Source: Pseudomonadota bacterium (GTDB taxonomy: Bacteria; Pseudomonadota; Gammaproteobacteria; Acidiferrobacterales; Acidiferrobacteraceae). From it: a DNA stretch of 64,000 bases. The translations under genes were made by a program, and so were the position numbers. Below the pieces are notes generated by a model. It was not told the DNA's origin and did not search any database. It saw only the letters and a program-made list of their open reading frames with translations. Location of the stretch: the NCBI GenBank assembly GCA_021841585.1, contig JAKBUS010000003.1, positions 3,664 to 67,663 on the forward strand, written 5' to 3'. Positions 28,459 to 37,712 of this stretch are shown here, one piece after another; within the stretch, counting starts at the first letter, position 1, and each line of letters starts with the position of its first letter.

Positions 28459-28804
28459 GCGAGGAGGATGTCAAGGTCTGGATGTCACGCTTTCTTTGTT
28501 TGCTGGCGGCAGGCGTCATTCCCGCCACACCCAGCACGCCGCCCGGGATGTCGCCCGCACCTGACTCGTAGCGCCCTTTTCAAGGAGCGGTCTGCAAACC
28601 GTAGGGTCTCAATAGGCGAAGGTGCAAAAACATTATGGCTGTGTGCGCTCAATGAAGTGGCTGCGGCGCGGACGGATGTACGCAGGCTCGGCACCTACGA
28701 GACCTTCACCCCTCAACTCGCCGCGACCATCGGCTTGGCGGTTGTAGACGTCAAGACGCCACCATCTTCGTGTCGCGACCTTCGCAAGCCGCGAGCCGCG
28801 CCCA

Positions 28805-29335
28805 TCAGGCGTCCTGTTCGGCGAAGCCTTCCGGGAACAATACGCTTTCGTAGCCGAAGAATTTGAGGTCGCGGATGCGCGACGGATACAAGATGCCATC
28901 CAGATGGTCGCACTCATGCTGCACGACACGCGCATGAAAGCCCTCGACCTCGCGATCGATCATCGCGCCATCGATATCAAAGCCCCGATAACGTATGCGC
29001 CGATGACGCGGCACGAGTCCGCGCATGCCAGGCACGCTCAGGCATCCCTCCCAGGCCTCATCCTGTTCCTCGCCCAACGGTTCGATGACCGGATTGACAA
29101 GGATGGTCTCGGGGACCGCCGCGGCGTCGGGATAACGCGGATTGACGCTGACACCAAACAACACGACGCGCAACGGCACGCCGATCTGAGGAGCGGCAAG
29201 CCCGGCACCCTGAAGGGCGGCCATCGTGTCTTTCATATCCGCCACGAGGTCGGCAAGCGCCGAGATGTCGCTTACCTCCTGCGCCCGTGCCCACAGTAAA
29301 GGATCGCCCATTCGCCGTATTGCCCGTACCGCCAT
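28805..29335 (-). CDS. def: Peptide deformylase
   Basis: All three motifs are present: [24 protein letters not shown]. No fmt gene follows it. Confidence 0.9.
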   Translation of the reverse strand: MAVRAIRRMGDPLLWARAQEVSDISALADLVADMKDTMAALQGAGLAAPQIGVPLRVVLFGVSVNPRYPDAAAVPETILVNPVIEPLGEEQDEAWEGCLSVPGMRGLVPRHRRIRYRGFDIDGAMIDREVEGFHARVVQHECDHLDGILYPSRIRDLKFFGYESVLFPEGFAEQDA

Positions 29336-29394
29336 GACTTTACCCCCCGTGCGTTCGGCCCCATACTAGCGGCATTGTATCAGAGGAGAATTTC

Positions 29395-29967
29395 GTGCGT
29401 CGCATTGCCCTGATCGCCGCTGCCACCCTGGGCCTCGTCGCGCAGGCCTGGGCCGCTTCCCCACGCCTCTATGAGGTCGATGTCCTGGTGTTCGCGAACC
29501 ATCTGCGGAAGCTGGACGGGAATGAACACTGGAACCAAGAAAAGATTACGCGCATAGCGGGCTTCAAGAACGCGCTCTCCCCCAGCCATGGCCTGCCCCA
29601 GGGCTCGCAGCTCGCGGTCGCGCAGTCGATACTGGCGCGCCATCCACATTACACGATCCTCGCGGCACGCAGCTGGGTGCAAGATGTGATCGCCTTGCGC
29701 AAGACCAAGGCGGTGCGCATCACAAGCCGGCGTGATGGGCGGCTGAAGGGCGTCATCCGTGTCTTTCAGTGGCGACTCATGCATGTCGCCCTGGATCTGC
29801 ACTACACGCCAGACGCTGCAACCCATTCATCCAACCAGACCACAGTCTATCAAATGATCGAGTCGCGTCCGGTGGCGCTACGCGCGACCAATTACTTCGA
29901 TCACCCCAAGTTCGGGGTCCTGGTGCGCGTCGTGCCCTATACAGGGCCCGTGACTACACCCCACTAA
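29395..29967 (+). CDS. Secreted protein, CsiV/DUF2803-like
   Basis: Signal peptide MRRIALIAAATLGLVAQAWA, then the RLYEVDVLVFANH opening that I associate with the CsiV family. The assignment is from memory of the family signature only. Confidence 0.4.
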   Translation: MRRIALIAAATLGLVAQAWAASPRLYEVDVLVFANHLRKLDGNEHWNQEKITRIAGFKNALSPSHGLPQGSQLAVAQSILARHPHYTILAARSWVQDVIALRKTKAVRITSRRDGRLKGVIRVFQWRLMHVALDLHYTPDAATHSSNQTTVYQMIESRPVALRATNYFDHPKFGVLVRVVPYTGPVTTPH

Positions 29968-29994
29968 CGGGGTTGCGGTGATCGCGGCGCCGTC

Positions 29995-30744
29995 TTAGGC
30001 GCCGTGCAAACGCGGGATCGCATGCTCCAGGAGCGTGCGCGCCTGGGTCATGCCGCTTTCAAGATAACGCTCTATAACGCGCAGATCGATCTCGCCCTCG
30101 ACCTTGCCGGCGGCATAATTGGCCACCACCGCAAGCGATGCGTAGCACAGGCCAAGCTCGCGGGCCAACGCCGCCTCCGGCATGCCGGTCATGCCCACGA
30201 TGTCGGCCCCGTCGCGCTCGAGCTTCAGGATCTCGGCCGCCGTCTCAAAACGCGGGCCCTGAGTCGCCGCATAAGTCCCCCGGGGGGCCAGGACGAGCCC
30301 GGCGCGCGCCGCGCCGTCACGCAACACCTCTCGCAACGCCTCGCAATAGGGATAAGTGAAGTCGATGTGCGTGACGGGTTCGGGATGATTCCCGAAAAAG
30401 GTGTGCGCGCGGCCGTATGTGTAATCGATGATTTGATCCGGGAGCACGAGAGTCCCGGGCGCAAGCGCGGTATTGATCGCGCCCACGGCATTCACCGCGA
30501 TCACATCGCTTACGCCGCACTCCTTCAAGGCCCACATGTTGGCCTGATAGTTCACGCTATGCGGCGGTATGGTGTGGCCGTGGCCGTGGCGCGGCAAGAA
30601 CATCACCTCGTGCCCGCTCACGAGCCCGTAGACCACGGGCGCCGACGGCTCGCCATAGGGCGTGCGCATCACGCGGCGCTCGCGAACCGTGAGATTGCGC
30701 AAATGGGTAAGCCCGCTGCCTCCGATGATCGCAAGCGTCTTCAT
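29995..30744 (-). CDS. mtnP: S-methyl-5'-thioadenosine (or thioinosine) phosphorylase
   Basis: MKTLAIIGGSGL ... FLPRHGHGHTIPPHSVNYQANMWALKECGV ... TYAATQGPRFETAAE are present. Confidence 0.85.
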   Translation of the reverse strand: MKTLAIIGGSGLTHLRNLTVRERRVMRTPYGEPSAPVVYGLVSGHEVMFLPRHGHGHTIPPHSVNYQANMWALKECGVSDVIAVNAVGAINTALAPGTLVLPDQIIDYTYGRAHTFFGNHPEPVTHIDFTYPYCEALREVLRDGAARAGLVLAPRGTYAATQGPRFETAAEILKLERDGADIVGMTGMPEAALARELGLCYASLAVVANYAAGKVEGEIDLRVIERYLESGMTQARTLLEHAIPRLHGA

Positions 30745-31301
30745 GGGAGCGCGTAGATCTCTTTGGTGTTGCGCAGAAAGCCGTTGTAATCCATGCCGCA
30801 GCCAAAGACATAGCGGTCCGGGACATCGAGACCGGAGAAATCCGCCTCCAGGCCCGCCGCCCGCGTACGCGTCTTCGTGACCAGCACCGCCTTGAGTACC
30901 GCCGCCGCCCCACGCGCCTGCAGGGTATCGGCCAGCGCCGCCAAGGTCACCCCTTCGTCCAGGATGTCATCGAGCAGCACGATGGTGCGCCCGGCCACGG
31001 GCAGGCTCGGGCCCGCCGCCCAGGTGATCTCCCCGCCGGTCAGCTCGCCGCGATAGCGCGTGGCATGAACGTAATCGACCTCCAGGGGGAACGTAAGCCG
31101 CGGCAACAGGTGCCCCGCGAACACCAGGGCACCATTCATGACGACCATCATGATGGGGTTGGCCCGACCCACGGCGTCGCGGATCGCGAGCGCCATGCGG
31201 TCCAAGGCCTTATCGACGTCGGCCTCGGCATGGATCCGCTCGGCCGTTTCCAGGACCTGCCAGGCCTGGCGCGCTTCGGATGCGCGATCACCGTCCCCCA
31301 T
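30741..31301 (-). CDS. hpt: Hypoxanthine-guanine phosphoribosyltransferase
   Basis: PRPP-binding motif IVLLDDILDEGVTL and the C-terminal GCGMDYNGFLRN. Confidence 0.8.
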   Translation of the reverse strand: MGDGDRASEARQAWQVLETAERIHAEADVDKALDRMALAIRDAVGRANPIMMVVMNGALVFAGHLLPRLTFPLEVDYVHATRYRGELTGGEITWAAGPSLPVAGRTIVLLDDILDEGVTLAALADTLQARGAAAVLKAVLVTKTRTRAAGLEADFSGLDVPDRYVFGCGMDYNGFLRNTKEIYALP

Positions 31302-31307
31302 CAGAAA

Positions 31308-31676
31308 TCAATACGTGAACGTGACAGTGTCATCATCCATCGCCTGGGTGATGACAAAGGCCCCGCCCACGGTCTCTTCGATCTCGGGAATGAGGTCCTT
31401 GCCCCACAGATCGAGCGTCGGCGTGCATACCTTGAAATGGACGCCCGCCTCGTGCGCATCCTTTATGAAATCATAGACCGACTTGCTGCTGCCTTCCTGC
31501 ACGAAGAGCTTTTCCGCAACGCCTCTGACCGCGAGCTCGCCTGCGCGGGCCGTCAACACCACCGTCACCTCATACTCCATCGCCGCCGCCACGGTCGCCT
31601 GAAAAAACGGCGCCCCGAGTTCGGAGGGGTTATGCGGGTCGGTGTTCACCATTATCATCAGAAGCTTGTCTGCCAT
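31308..31676 (-). CDS. DsrE/DsrF/DrsH-like family protein (cytoplasmic)
   Basis: 122 aa, with the DsrE-like alpha/beta pattern KLLMIMVNTDPHNP ... AAAMEYEVTVVLTARAGEL ... GVHFKVCTPTL. Confidence 0.55.
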   Translation of the reverse strand: MADKLLMIMVNTDPHNPSELGAPFFQATVAAAMEYEVTVVLTARAGELAVRGVAEKLFVQEGSSKSVYDFIKDAHEAGVHFKVCTPTLDLWGKDLIPEIEETVGGAFVITQAMDDDTVTFTY

Positions 31677-31790
31677 CGCTACACTCCACTCAAACGGTCC
31701 ACAGGAAAGTCGCGCGATGTTAACAGCTTTTGCTTATAAATCCCATAGGCAGACCCGGCCGTGGCGACCGCGATCGGGTCGGCGCGGACC

Positions 31791-32660
31791 CTACAGGCTC
31801 AGGGTCTTCAGATAAGCGCGGAACTCGTTTTTGAGCTGCGGATGACGCAACGCGTACTCGACCGTGGCCTCGAGATAACCAAGCTTGCTCCCGCAATCGT
31901 AGCGCTTGCCCTCGAAGGCGTAGGCCAGCACCTGCTCCTTTTCGAGGAGCTTCGCGATGCCGTCGGTTAGTTGGATCTCGCCCCCAGACCCGGTGCCCAG
32001 GCTTTCCAGGAGATCGAAGATCGGCGGCGTCAAGATGTAGCGTCCCACGACCCCCAGGGTCGATGGGGCCTCGGCCGGGGCCGGCTTTTCCACGATCGCC
32101 TCCACCCGATGCAGGCGGTCGTCCCACGGGCGCGTCTGCACGATACCATAGGCGCCCGTATCCTCGCGCGGCACATTCTGCACGCCGATGATGGCATTGT
32201 GATAATGCGCGTAGAGATCCACCATCTGGCGCAGCGCCGAGGGCTGGGCGTCTATGAGATCGTCAGCCAGGATGACCGCGAACGGCGCGTCTCCCACGAC
32301 CTGACGCGCGCACAGCACCGCATGACCGAGCCCCAAGGCCTCGGCCTGGCGGATATAGATGCACGTCACCTCTTTGGGCAATATGCCGCGCAAGGACCGC
32401 AGGATCTTATCCTTGCCGCGCACCTCGAGCTCGGCCTCGAGCTCATAGGCCTTATCGAAATGGTCCTCGATGGCGCGCTTGCTGCGGCCGGTCACGAAAA
32501 TAAGTTCGGTGATGCCGGCATCGATGGCCTCTTCGGCCGCATATTGAATGAGCGGCTTGTCGACCACGGGTAACATCTCTTTCGGGCTGGCCTTGGTGGC
32601 CGGCAAAAATCGTGTTCCCAAGCCAGCGACCGGGAAAATCGCCTTTTTTACGACGCTCAC
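31791..32660 (-). CDS. galU: UTP-glucose-1-phosphate uridylyltransferase
   Basis: [35 protein letters not shown] and the VEKP motif ([12 protein letters not shown]). Confidence 0.95.
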   Translation of the reverse strand: MSVVKKAIFPVAGLGTRFLPATKASPKEMLPVVDKPLIQYAAEEAIDAGITELIFVTGRSKRAIEDHFDKAYELEAELEVRGKDKILRSLRGILPKEVTCIYIRQAEALGLGHAVLCARQVVGDAPFAVILADDLIDAQPSALRQMVDLYAHYHNAIIGVQNVPREDTGAYGIVQTRPWDDRLHRVEAIVEKPAPAEAPSTLGVVGRYILTPPIFDLLESLGTGSGGEIQLTDGIAKLLEKEQVLAYAFEGKRYDCGSKLGYLEATVEYALRHPQLKNEFRAYLKTLSL

Positions 32661-32941
32661 TCCACAAACCCCCTTCTAAGGCCACATGCCAGGGACTTCC
32701 CTGACCCCTAGTCGCGATTCTATAAGCAAGGATCGGCGTGACGCCATCCCTCCCCGAAAGGCCCCTGGCGCCGCCTATTCCCTAGGCGTAGGTAGAGGCA
32801 TCAGGGCGCTTCCCCATGCGCACGGATAACGACCTTGCCTCACGCTCATGCGGTCACTAGGCTTAAAAAGCGCGGCCGGGCACGGCCTCGGATCGCCTCT
32901 GCCGTCTCACACACCACCACATCACCCGTGGGGAGGATACC

Positions 32942-33442
32942 ATGAAGAACCTACAAGGACTCATAATTGCGGTCATGATCGCGGCCACGGCGCTGCTGTC
33001 TTCCGTGGCACGCGCCGAACAGTTGAACGACCGCGCGGCGCTCGCCGGCTTACATGTCGCGAAGACGATATTCCTGGTGAACGTCCGTCAACCCGTGGTC
33101 GTCGAACACCTGGTTCGGATCATCGGCCTGACCGAGCGGCAACTGCGCGCACAGAAAGTGACACCGCACATCATCGTGGTCTTCATTGGTCCCGACGTGG
33201 CGTTCCTGACGCGCAATCGACGGGGCATTCCCTACACCGATGAGCGCGCCGTGGCCAATATCCACAAGGAAATCACCGGGCTTGCGCGGCAAGGCATCCG
33301 CTTCCAGGCCTGCGGGGTCGCCATGCACGGCATGGATGTGAACCCGCGCACGCTGATCGCGCCCGTGGCACCAGTCGAAAACGGCTTCATCTCGGTCATC
33401 GGCTATCAGGAAAAAGGCTATGCACTGATCCCGATCGGCTGA
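32942..33442 (+). CDS. DsrE-related protein with a signal peptide (periplasmic)
   Basis: Signal peptide MKNLQGLIIAVMIAATALLSSVARA, then a DsrE/COG1416-like core (IFLVNVRQP ... IIVVFIGPDVAFL ... IRFQACGVAMHGMDV ... NGFISVIGYQEKGYALIPI). Confidence 0.55.
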   Translation: MKNLQGLIIAVMIAATALLSSVARAEQLNDRAALAGLHVAKTIFLVNVRQPVVVEHLVRIIGLTERQLRAQKVTPHIIVVFIGPDVAFLTRNRRGIPYTDERAVANIHKEITGLARQGIRFQACGVAMHGMDVNPRTLIAPVAPVENGFISVIGYQEKGYALIPIG

Positions 33443-33521
33443 TCCGAGACCTTGCCATCCGGGGCGAACGCCGTCTGCGAGCAGGCGTCCGCCCCGACAC
33501 ACACAAAAAGGAGCATGAGAC

Positions 33522-34256
33522 ATGCGGATGCAAGATATTCGCGGCAAGATCGCGGTGGTGACAGGGGCCTCGAGCGGCATAGGAGAAGCCGCCGCGCGCC
33601 TTTTGCACCAGGAAGGCCTCGAGGTGGTGGTATGCGCGCGCCGCGCCGACCGGCTTGCGGCGCTTGTCGGCGAGTTGAAGGAGCGCATCTACCCGATAAC
33701 CGCCGATGTCGGTGACTCCCGGCAGGTGGCGGCGCTCTTTGCCGAGGTCAAAAAACGCTTCCATGGCCTTGATCTCCTCTTCAACAATGCCGGCGTCGGC
33801 TTTCATGCCCCATTCGCCGACAGCCAACCTGATGAATGGCGGCAGACCATAGACGCAAATCTTTATGGAGTGCTGAACTGTACGCACGCCGCCATTCCGC
33901 TTCTGCGCAACCGCCCAGGCGCCATGATCTCCACGGTCTCGAGCGTGGGTGGCCGCTATGGTCTTCCGGGATGGTCGGTCTATAACGCCACCAAGTTCGC
34001 GGTCGTCGGTTTCCACGACGCCCTGCGCAAGGAATTGGGGGGCGAGGGTATCCGCGTGGCGCTGATCGAGCCGGGCGCGGTCTGGACCCATTGGGGCCAT
34101 AATGTGCCGGCCGACCAGATGAGGGCGCGGCGCGAGTCGCTGGACGCCTTGCACGCCGAGGACATAGCCCAGGCCCTCGTGTACAGCTTCGCGCAGCCCG
34201 CCAATGTCCTGGTCGAGGAAATCGTGGTACGCCCGGTCCGCCAGCTAAGCCCGTAA
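33522..34256 (+). CDS. Short-chain dehydrogenase/reductase (SDR)
   Basis: TGASSGIGEAAA, NNAG and YNATKFAV (the catalytic YxxxK) are present. Confidence 0.85.
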   Translation: MRMQDIRGKIAVVTGASSGIGEAAARLLHQEGLEVVVCARRADRLAALVGELKERIYPITADVGDSRQVAALFAEVKKRFHGLDLLFNNAGVGFHAPFADSQPDEWRQTIDANLYGVLNCTHAAIPLLRNRPGAMISTVSSVGGRYGLPGWSVYNATKFAVVGFHDALRKELGGEGIRVALIEPGAVWTHWGHNVPADQMRARRESLDALHAEDIAQALVYSFAQPANVLVEEIVVRPVRQLSP

Positions 34257-34693
34257 GACATAATGGGCCACGGCGCGGCCCTCGGACGCCATAGCCACCG
34301 GGCACGGCCGCTCGCCCCGCCGAGATTGGCCTTTTGCACCCCGTTCCATTGCCTTTGCGGCTTAGCGCCTCAGGCGCGGGCAGTGACCAAGATTGTCGCT
34401 TGCCATCACGCCCGCCCTGCGTCCTATTTGCCGACCGTATAACCGTGCTAACATAGAATCGCTCTAAGATTGTGTCGGCAAGGGACCTGCGGACTTCGTC
34501 ATCGCCTAGAAATCGACACCAGCCCGCAAGTCTTGCGCTCCAGACCCTGGATGCGGCCGTGAACTTACGCATGCCGTTTACGCCCGTGGGCCCGATTCAT
34601 ACATCTATGATTCCGATAGCATCGCCAACAGGAGGATGCGGGAGCAGGCGCTATCCCTCCCCGGTCGCGGGACCGGGGCTTCCCGCGCATATC

Positions 34694-35086
34694 ATGAAAA
34701 ACCTTATAATGTTGTCCGCCGCAGCCGGTCTTGCGATAAGCCCGGCATTCGCCACACCCTTGAGGGTCCCCCTTATGGCCGAGAATGGTTCGGGAGAAAG
34801 CGGCTATGCCATGCTCTATCCGCACGGCACGCATACCCGCGTCATCGTTCATCTGAAAGGCACCCCTAAGGGTATCGCGCAGCCCGACCACATCCATCCG
34901 GGGACCTGCCCCAACGTGAACCCCCGGCCTGCGTACATGCTAAATCCGGTAAGGCACGGGCGCTCGGTCACGACCGTCCATGTGAGCCTCAAGGCACTGC
35001 TTGCCAAACCCATGGCAATCAACGTCCACGAAAGCCGTAGCGACATGCAAAAATACGTGGCCTGCGGAGACATCCGCACCCACTAA
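34694..35086 (+). CDS. Periplasmic Cu,Zn-superoxide-dismutase-like (SodC-fold) protein lacking the zinc loop
   Basis: Signal peptide MKNLIMLSAAAGLAISPAFA/T. DHIHPGTC aligns to the SodC motif FHIHxxGxC, CPNVNP to GPHFNP, INVHESRSD to VVHEKADD and YVACGDI to RxACGVI. About 130 aa, against ~155 for mature SodC. The ORF track extension back to 34472 looks non-coding. Confidence 0.5.
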   Translation: MKNLIMLSAAAGLAISPAFATPLRVPLMAENGSGESGYAMLYPHGTHTRVIVHLKGTPKGIAQPDHIHPGTCPNVNPRPAYMLNPVRHGRSVTTVHVSLKALLAKPMAINVHESRSDMQKYVACGDIRTH

Positions 35087-35097
35087 CGTCCGAGACC

Positions 35098-35123
35098 GGG
35101 GGCCCGGCGGCCGCCGGGCCCCC
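35098..35123. terminator. Perfect 26-nt GC palindrome between convergent genes (possible bidirectional terminator or structural element)
   Basis: GGGGGCCCGGCGGCCGCCGGGCCCCC equals its own reverse complement. It lies between the stops of the SodC-like gene (35086) and cbbR (35191). No adjacent U tract. Confidence 0.4.
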
Positions 35124-35190
35124 TCCCTCGAGCATTGCGGGCTCAGCGCGACATGCCAAGATCCGGCCGGCGTGTCCTGTGAGCGCTCGC

Positions 35191-36117
35191 TCAAGGCAGG
35201 GTCTGCATTTGCTCCTCAGGCGTCTTCACGTATAGGTGCTGAACCAAAAACTCCTTGAACCCCAGGGGCGCGGGGGCCAGCTTTTTGCCCTTGCGATGCA
35301 CCAGATGCCAAGCGCGCCGCAGGGGAAATCCCTCAACGGACAGCTCCCGCAGGTAACCGGATTCCATCTTCACCAAAACACTGTAGCGCGCGACGACCGC
35401 GACCCCCATGCCCACCTTCACTGCCTGCTTGATGGCCTCATTGCTGTTCATGACCACCCCCTCGCGCACGGTGAGGCCCTTTTCCGAAAAGTAGCGCAGC
35501 ACCGTCTCGCGCGTCCCGGATCCGGGTTCCCGCAATACGAAGCTTTCGCGGACGAGATCGCTCTGCAGGATCCCGCGGCGCTCGGCCAAGTGATGATTGG
35601 CGGGCGCGATGACGATGAGATCATTACGATGAAACGGCAGCGCGATGAGATCGAGTGATTGCGGCGGCTCGCCCATGATGGCCATGTCCACATCGTTGCG
35701 CTCAAGGCTCGCCAACACCTCCTTGCGGTTGGCGATATTGAGCCGGATGTTCACCTGCGGGTGCTGGAGGAGGAAGCGCGCCAGCAATTCCACCGCGAAG
35801 GCGTTGACCGCCGAGGTGAGGGCGATGCGCAGCTGCCCCTCGTCTACGCCACGCAGGTGCTCCAGGGACCGCCCCAGGCCCTCCAGTTCCTCGGCGATGC
35901 GGTGTCCGGAGCGCAGCACCTCTTCGCCGGCATCCGTGAGAAAGACCTTTTTTCCGACCTGCTCTGTGACCGGCAGACCGATCTCCTGCTCGATCTTGCG
36001 GACCTGCAGGTAGACCGCCGATTGCGTCAGATTGAGCCGCGCCGCGGCCCTCGTATAGGAGCCGGTCGCGGCCAGCATGCGCAGGATCTCAAGCTGGCGT
36101 AACGTCAGATTCTTCAT
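35191..36117 (-). CDS. cbbR: LysR-family transcriptional regulator of the cbb operon
   Basis: N-terminal wHTH LTLRQLEILRMLAATGSYTRAAARLNLTQSAVYLQVRKIE. It is divergent from the RuBisCO gene. Confidence 0.85.
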   Translation of the reverse strand: MKNLTLRQLEILRMLAATGSYTRAAARLNLTQSAVYLQVRKIEQEIGLPVTEQVGKKVFLTDAGEEVLRSGHRIAEELEGLGRSLEHLRGVDEGQLRIALTSAVNAFAVELLARFLLQHPQVNIRLNIANRKEVLASLERNDVDMAIMGEPPQSLDLIALPFHRNDLIVIAPANHHLAERRGILQSDLVRESFVLREPGSGTRETVLRYFSEKGLTVREGVVMNSNEAIKQAVKVGMGVAVVARYSVLVKMESGYLRELSVEGFPLRRAWHLVHRKGKKLAPAPLGFKEFLVQHLYVKTPEEQMQTLP

Positions 36118-36163
36118 GGTGTACTCCCCGGCGATGCGTAGGGCGCAACATGGGCGGGCCTCA

Positions 36164-36188
36164 TAATAATAGATGTTACCTATTATTA
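36164..36188. promoter_or_regulatory. LysR-type (T-N11-A-containing) inverted repeat, a candidate CbbR operator in the cbbR-cbbM intergenic region
   Basis: TAATAATAG-ATGTTAC-CTATTATTA is a perfect 9-bp inverted repeat with a 7-bp spacer, inside the only strongly AT-rich patch of this region. A possible cbbM -10 TATAGT lies at 36229-36234 and the RBS AAGGAG at 36257-36262. Confidence 0.6.
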
Positions 36189-36268
36189 CTATGATAGATA
36201 ATCGTTTTTACTTATGATAAGGGGGAGGTATAGTCCGTCCTTTTGACCCTTCAGCCAAGGAGCTCATT

Positions 36269-37648
36269 GTGGACCAATCGTCTCGCTACGCCGACCTTTC
36301 CCTGCGCGAGGAAGACCTCATCGCCGGCGGCAAGCACATTCTCGTCGCCTACAAGATGAAGCCCAAGGTCGGCTACGGCTATCTCGCCGCCGCCGCGCAC
36401 TTTGCCGCCGAATCCTCCACCGGCACCAACGTCGAGGTGTCGACCACGGACGACTTCACCAAGGGGGTCGACGCGCTCGTCTATTACATCGACGAACCCG
36501 CGGGCGACATGCGCATCGCCTATCCGCTGGACCTCTTCGATCGCAACGTCATGGACGGCCGCATGATGGTCGTGTCCTTCCTGACGTTGGCCATCGGTAA
36601 CAATCAGGGCATGGGCGACATCGCGCACGCGAAGATGATCGACATCTATTTCCCGCCGCGCGCCATCCAGCTCTTCGACGGCCCAAGCAAGGACATCTCG
36701 GACCTCTGGCGCATCCTCGGCCGACCGGTAAAAGACGGCGGCTACATCGCCGGCACCATCATCAAGCCCAAGCTCGGCCTGCGCCCCGAACCATTCGCCG
36801 AGGCCGCGCACCAGTTCTGGCTGGGCGGGGATTTCATAAAGAACGATGAACCGCAGGGCAATCAGGTGTTCGCGCCCCTGAAGAAAACCATTCCGCTGGT
36901 GGCTGACGCCATGAGGCGCGCCATGGACAAGACCGGCCAGGCGAAGCTGTTTTCCGCGAACATCACCGCAGACGACCATTACGAGATGTGCGCGCGCGCC
37001 GACTTCATCCTCGAGACCTTCGGCCCCGACGCCGACAAGGTCGCGTTCCTCGTCGACGGCTTCGTGGGCGGCCCCGGCATGGTCACCACCGCCCGCCGCC
37101 AGTATCCGGCCCAATACCTGCACTACCACCGCGCCGGCCATGGCATGATCACCTCGCCATCGGCCCATCGCGGTTATACGGCGCTGGTGCTGGCCAAGCT
37201 CTCGCGCCTGCAAGGGGCCTCGGGCATCCATGTCGGAACCATGGGTTATGGCAAAATGGAAGGCGCGAGCGACGATCGCAACATCGCCTACATGATCGAG
37301 CGCGATGAGTGCCAGGGCCCCGTGTACCATCAGAAGTGGTACGGCATGAAGCCCACCACCCCCATCATATCCGGCGGCATGAACGCGCTGCGCCTGCCCG
37401 GCTTCTTCGAGAACCTCGGTCACGGCAACGTCATCAACACCGCCGGCGGCGGTTCCTATGGCCACATCGACAGCCCGGCCGCCGGCGCCCTTTCGCTGCG
37501 TCAGGCTTACGAATGCTGGAAGGCCAAGGCCGACCCCATCGAATGGGCCAAGGAGCATAAGGAATTCGCCGGGGCCTTCGAGTCCTTCCCGCATGATGCC
37601 GACAAGCTCTATCCCGGCTGGCGCGACAGGATCGGTTCCCACCGGTAA
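36269..37648 (+). CDS. cbbM: Ribulose-1,5-bisphosphate carboxylase/oxygenase, form II
   Basis: 459 aa with a GTG start. [33 protein letters not shown] ... [14 protein letters not shown] ... [35 protein letters not shown] is the typical form II sequence. Confidence 0.95.
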   Translation: MDQSSRYADLSLREEDLIAGGKHILVAYKMKPKVGYGYLAAAAHFAAESSTGTNVEVSTTDDFTKGVDALVYYIDEPAGDMRIAYPLDLFDRNVMDGRMMVVSFLTLAIGNNQGMGDIAHAKMIDIYFPPRAIQLFDGPSKDISDLWRILGRPVKDGGYIAGTIIKPKLGLRPEPFAEAAHQFWLGGDFIKNDEPQGNQVFAPLKKTIPLVADAMRRAMDKTGQAKLFSANITADDHYEMCARADFILETFGPDADKVAFLVDGFVGGPGMVTTARRQYPAQYLHYHRAGHGMITSPSAHRGYTALVLAKLSRLQGASGIHVGTMGYGKMEGASDDRNIAYMIERDECQGPVYHQKWYGMKPTTPIISGGMNALRLPGFFENLGHGNVINTAGGGSYGHIDSPAAGALSLRQAYECWKAKADPIEWAKEHKEFAGAFESFPHDADKLYPGWRDRIGSHR

Positions 37649-37679
37649 TACGCCCGCGAGCCGATCGCGGAACGACGGC

Positions 37680-37712
37680 GGGCCGGAGGCTCCTGGCACG
37701 AGCCTCCGGCCC
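37680..37712 (+). promoter_or_regulatory. Strong stem-loop between cbbM and cbbQ (mRNA-stabilising or attenuating hairpin)
   Basis: GGGCCGGAGGCT (37680-37691) is perfectly complementary to AGCCTCCGGCCC (37701-37712), with a 9-nt loop. A T6 run follows at 37728-37733, 15 nt downstream. Confidence 0.5.

Noticed and set aside
28587-28602. tRNA-Cys-like anticodon stem-loop (GCGGT-CTGCAA-ACCGT) in the island downstream of tnpB
   Set aside because: The loop is 6 nt rather than 7. There is no GTTCRA T-arm, no D-arm and no acceptor pairing in the flanks. It is not a tRNA or a convincing tRNA fragment.
28643-28800. GTGCG pentamer resembling a group II intron 5' end
   Set aside because: A pentamer is expected by chance. 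There is no domain V/VI-like structure and no reverse-transcriptase ORF, and only ~160 bp remain before def.
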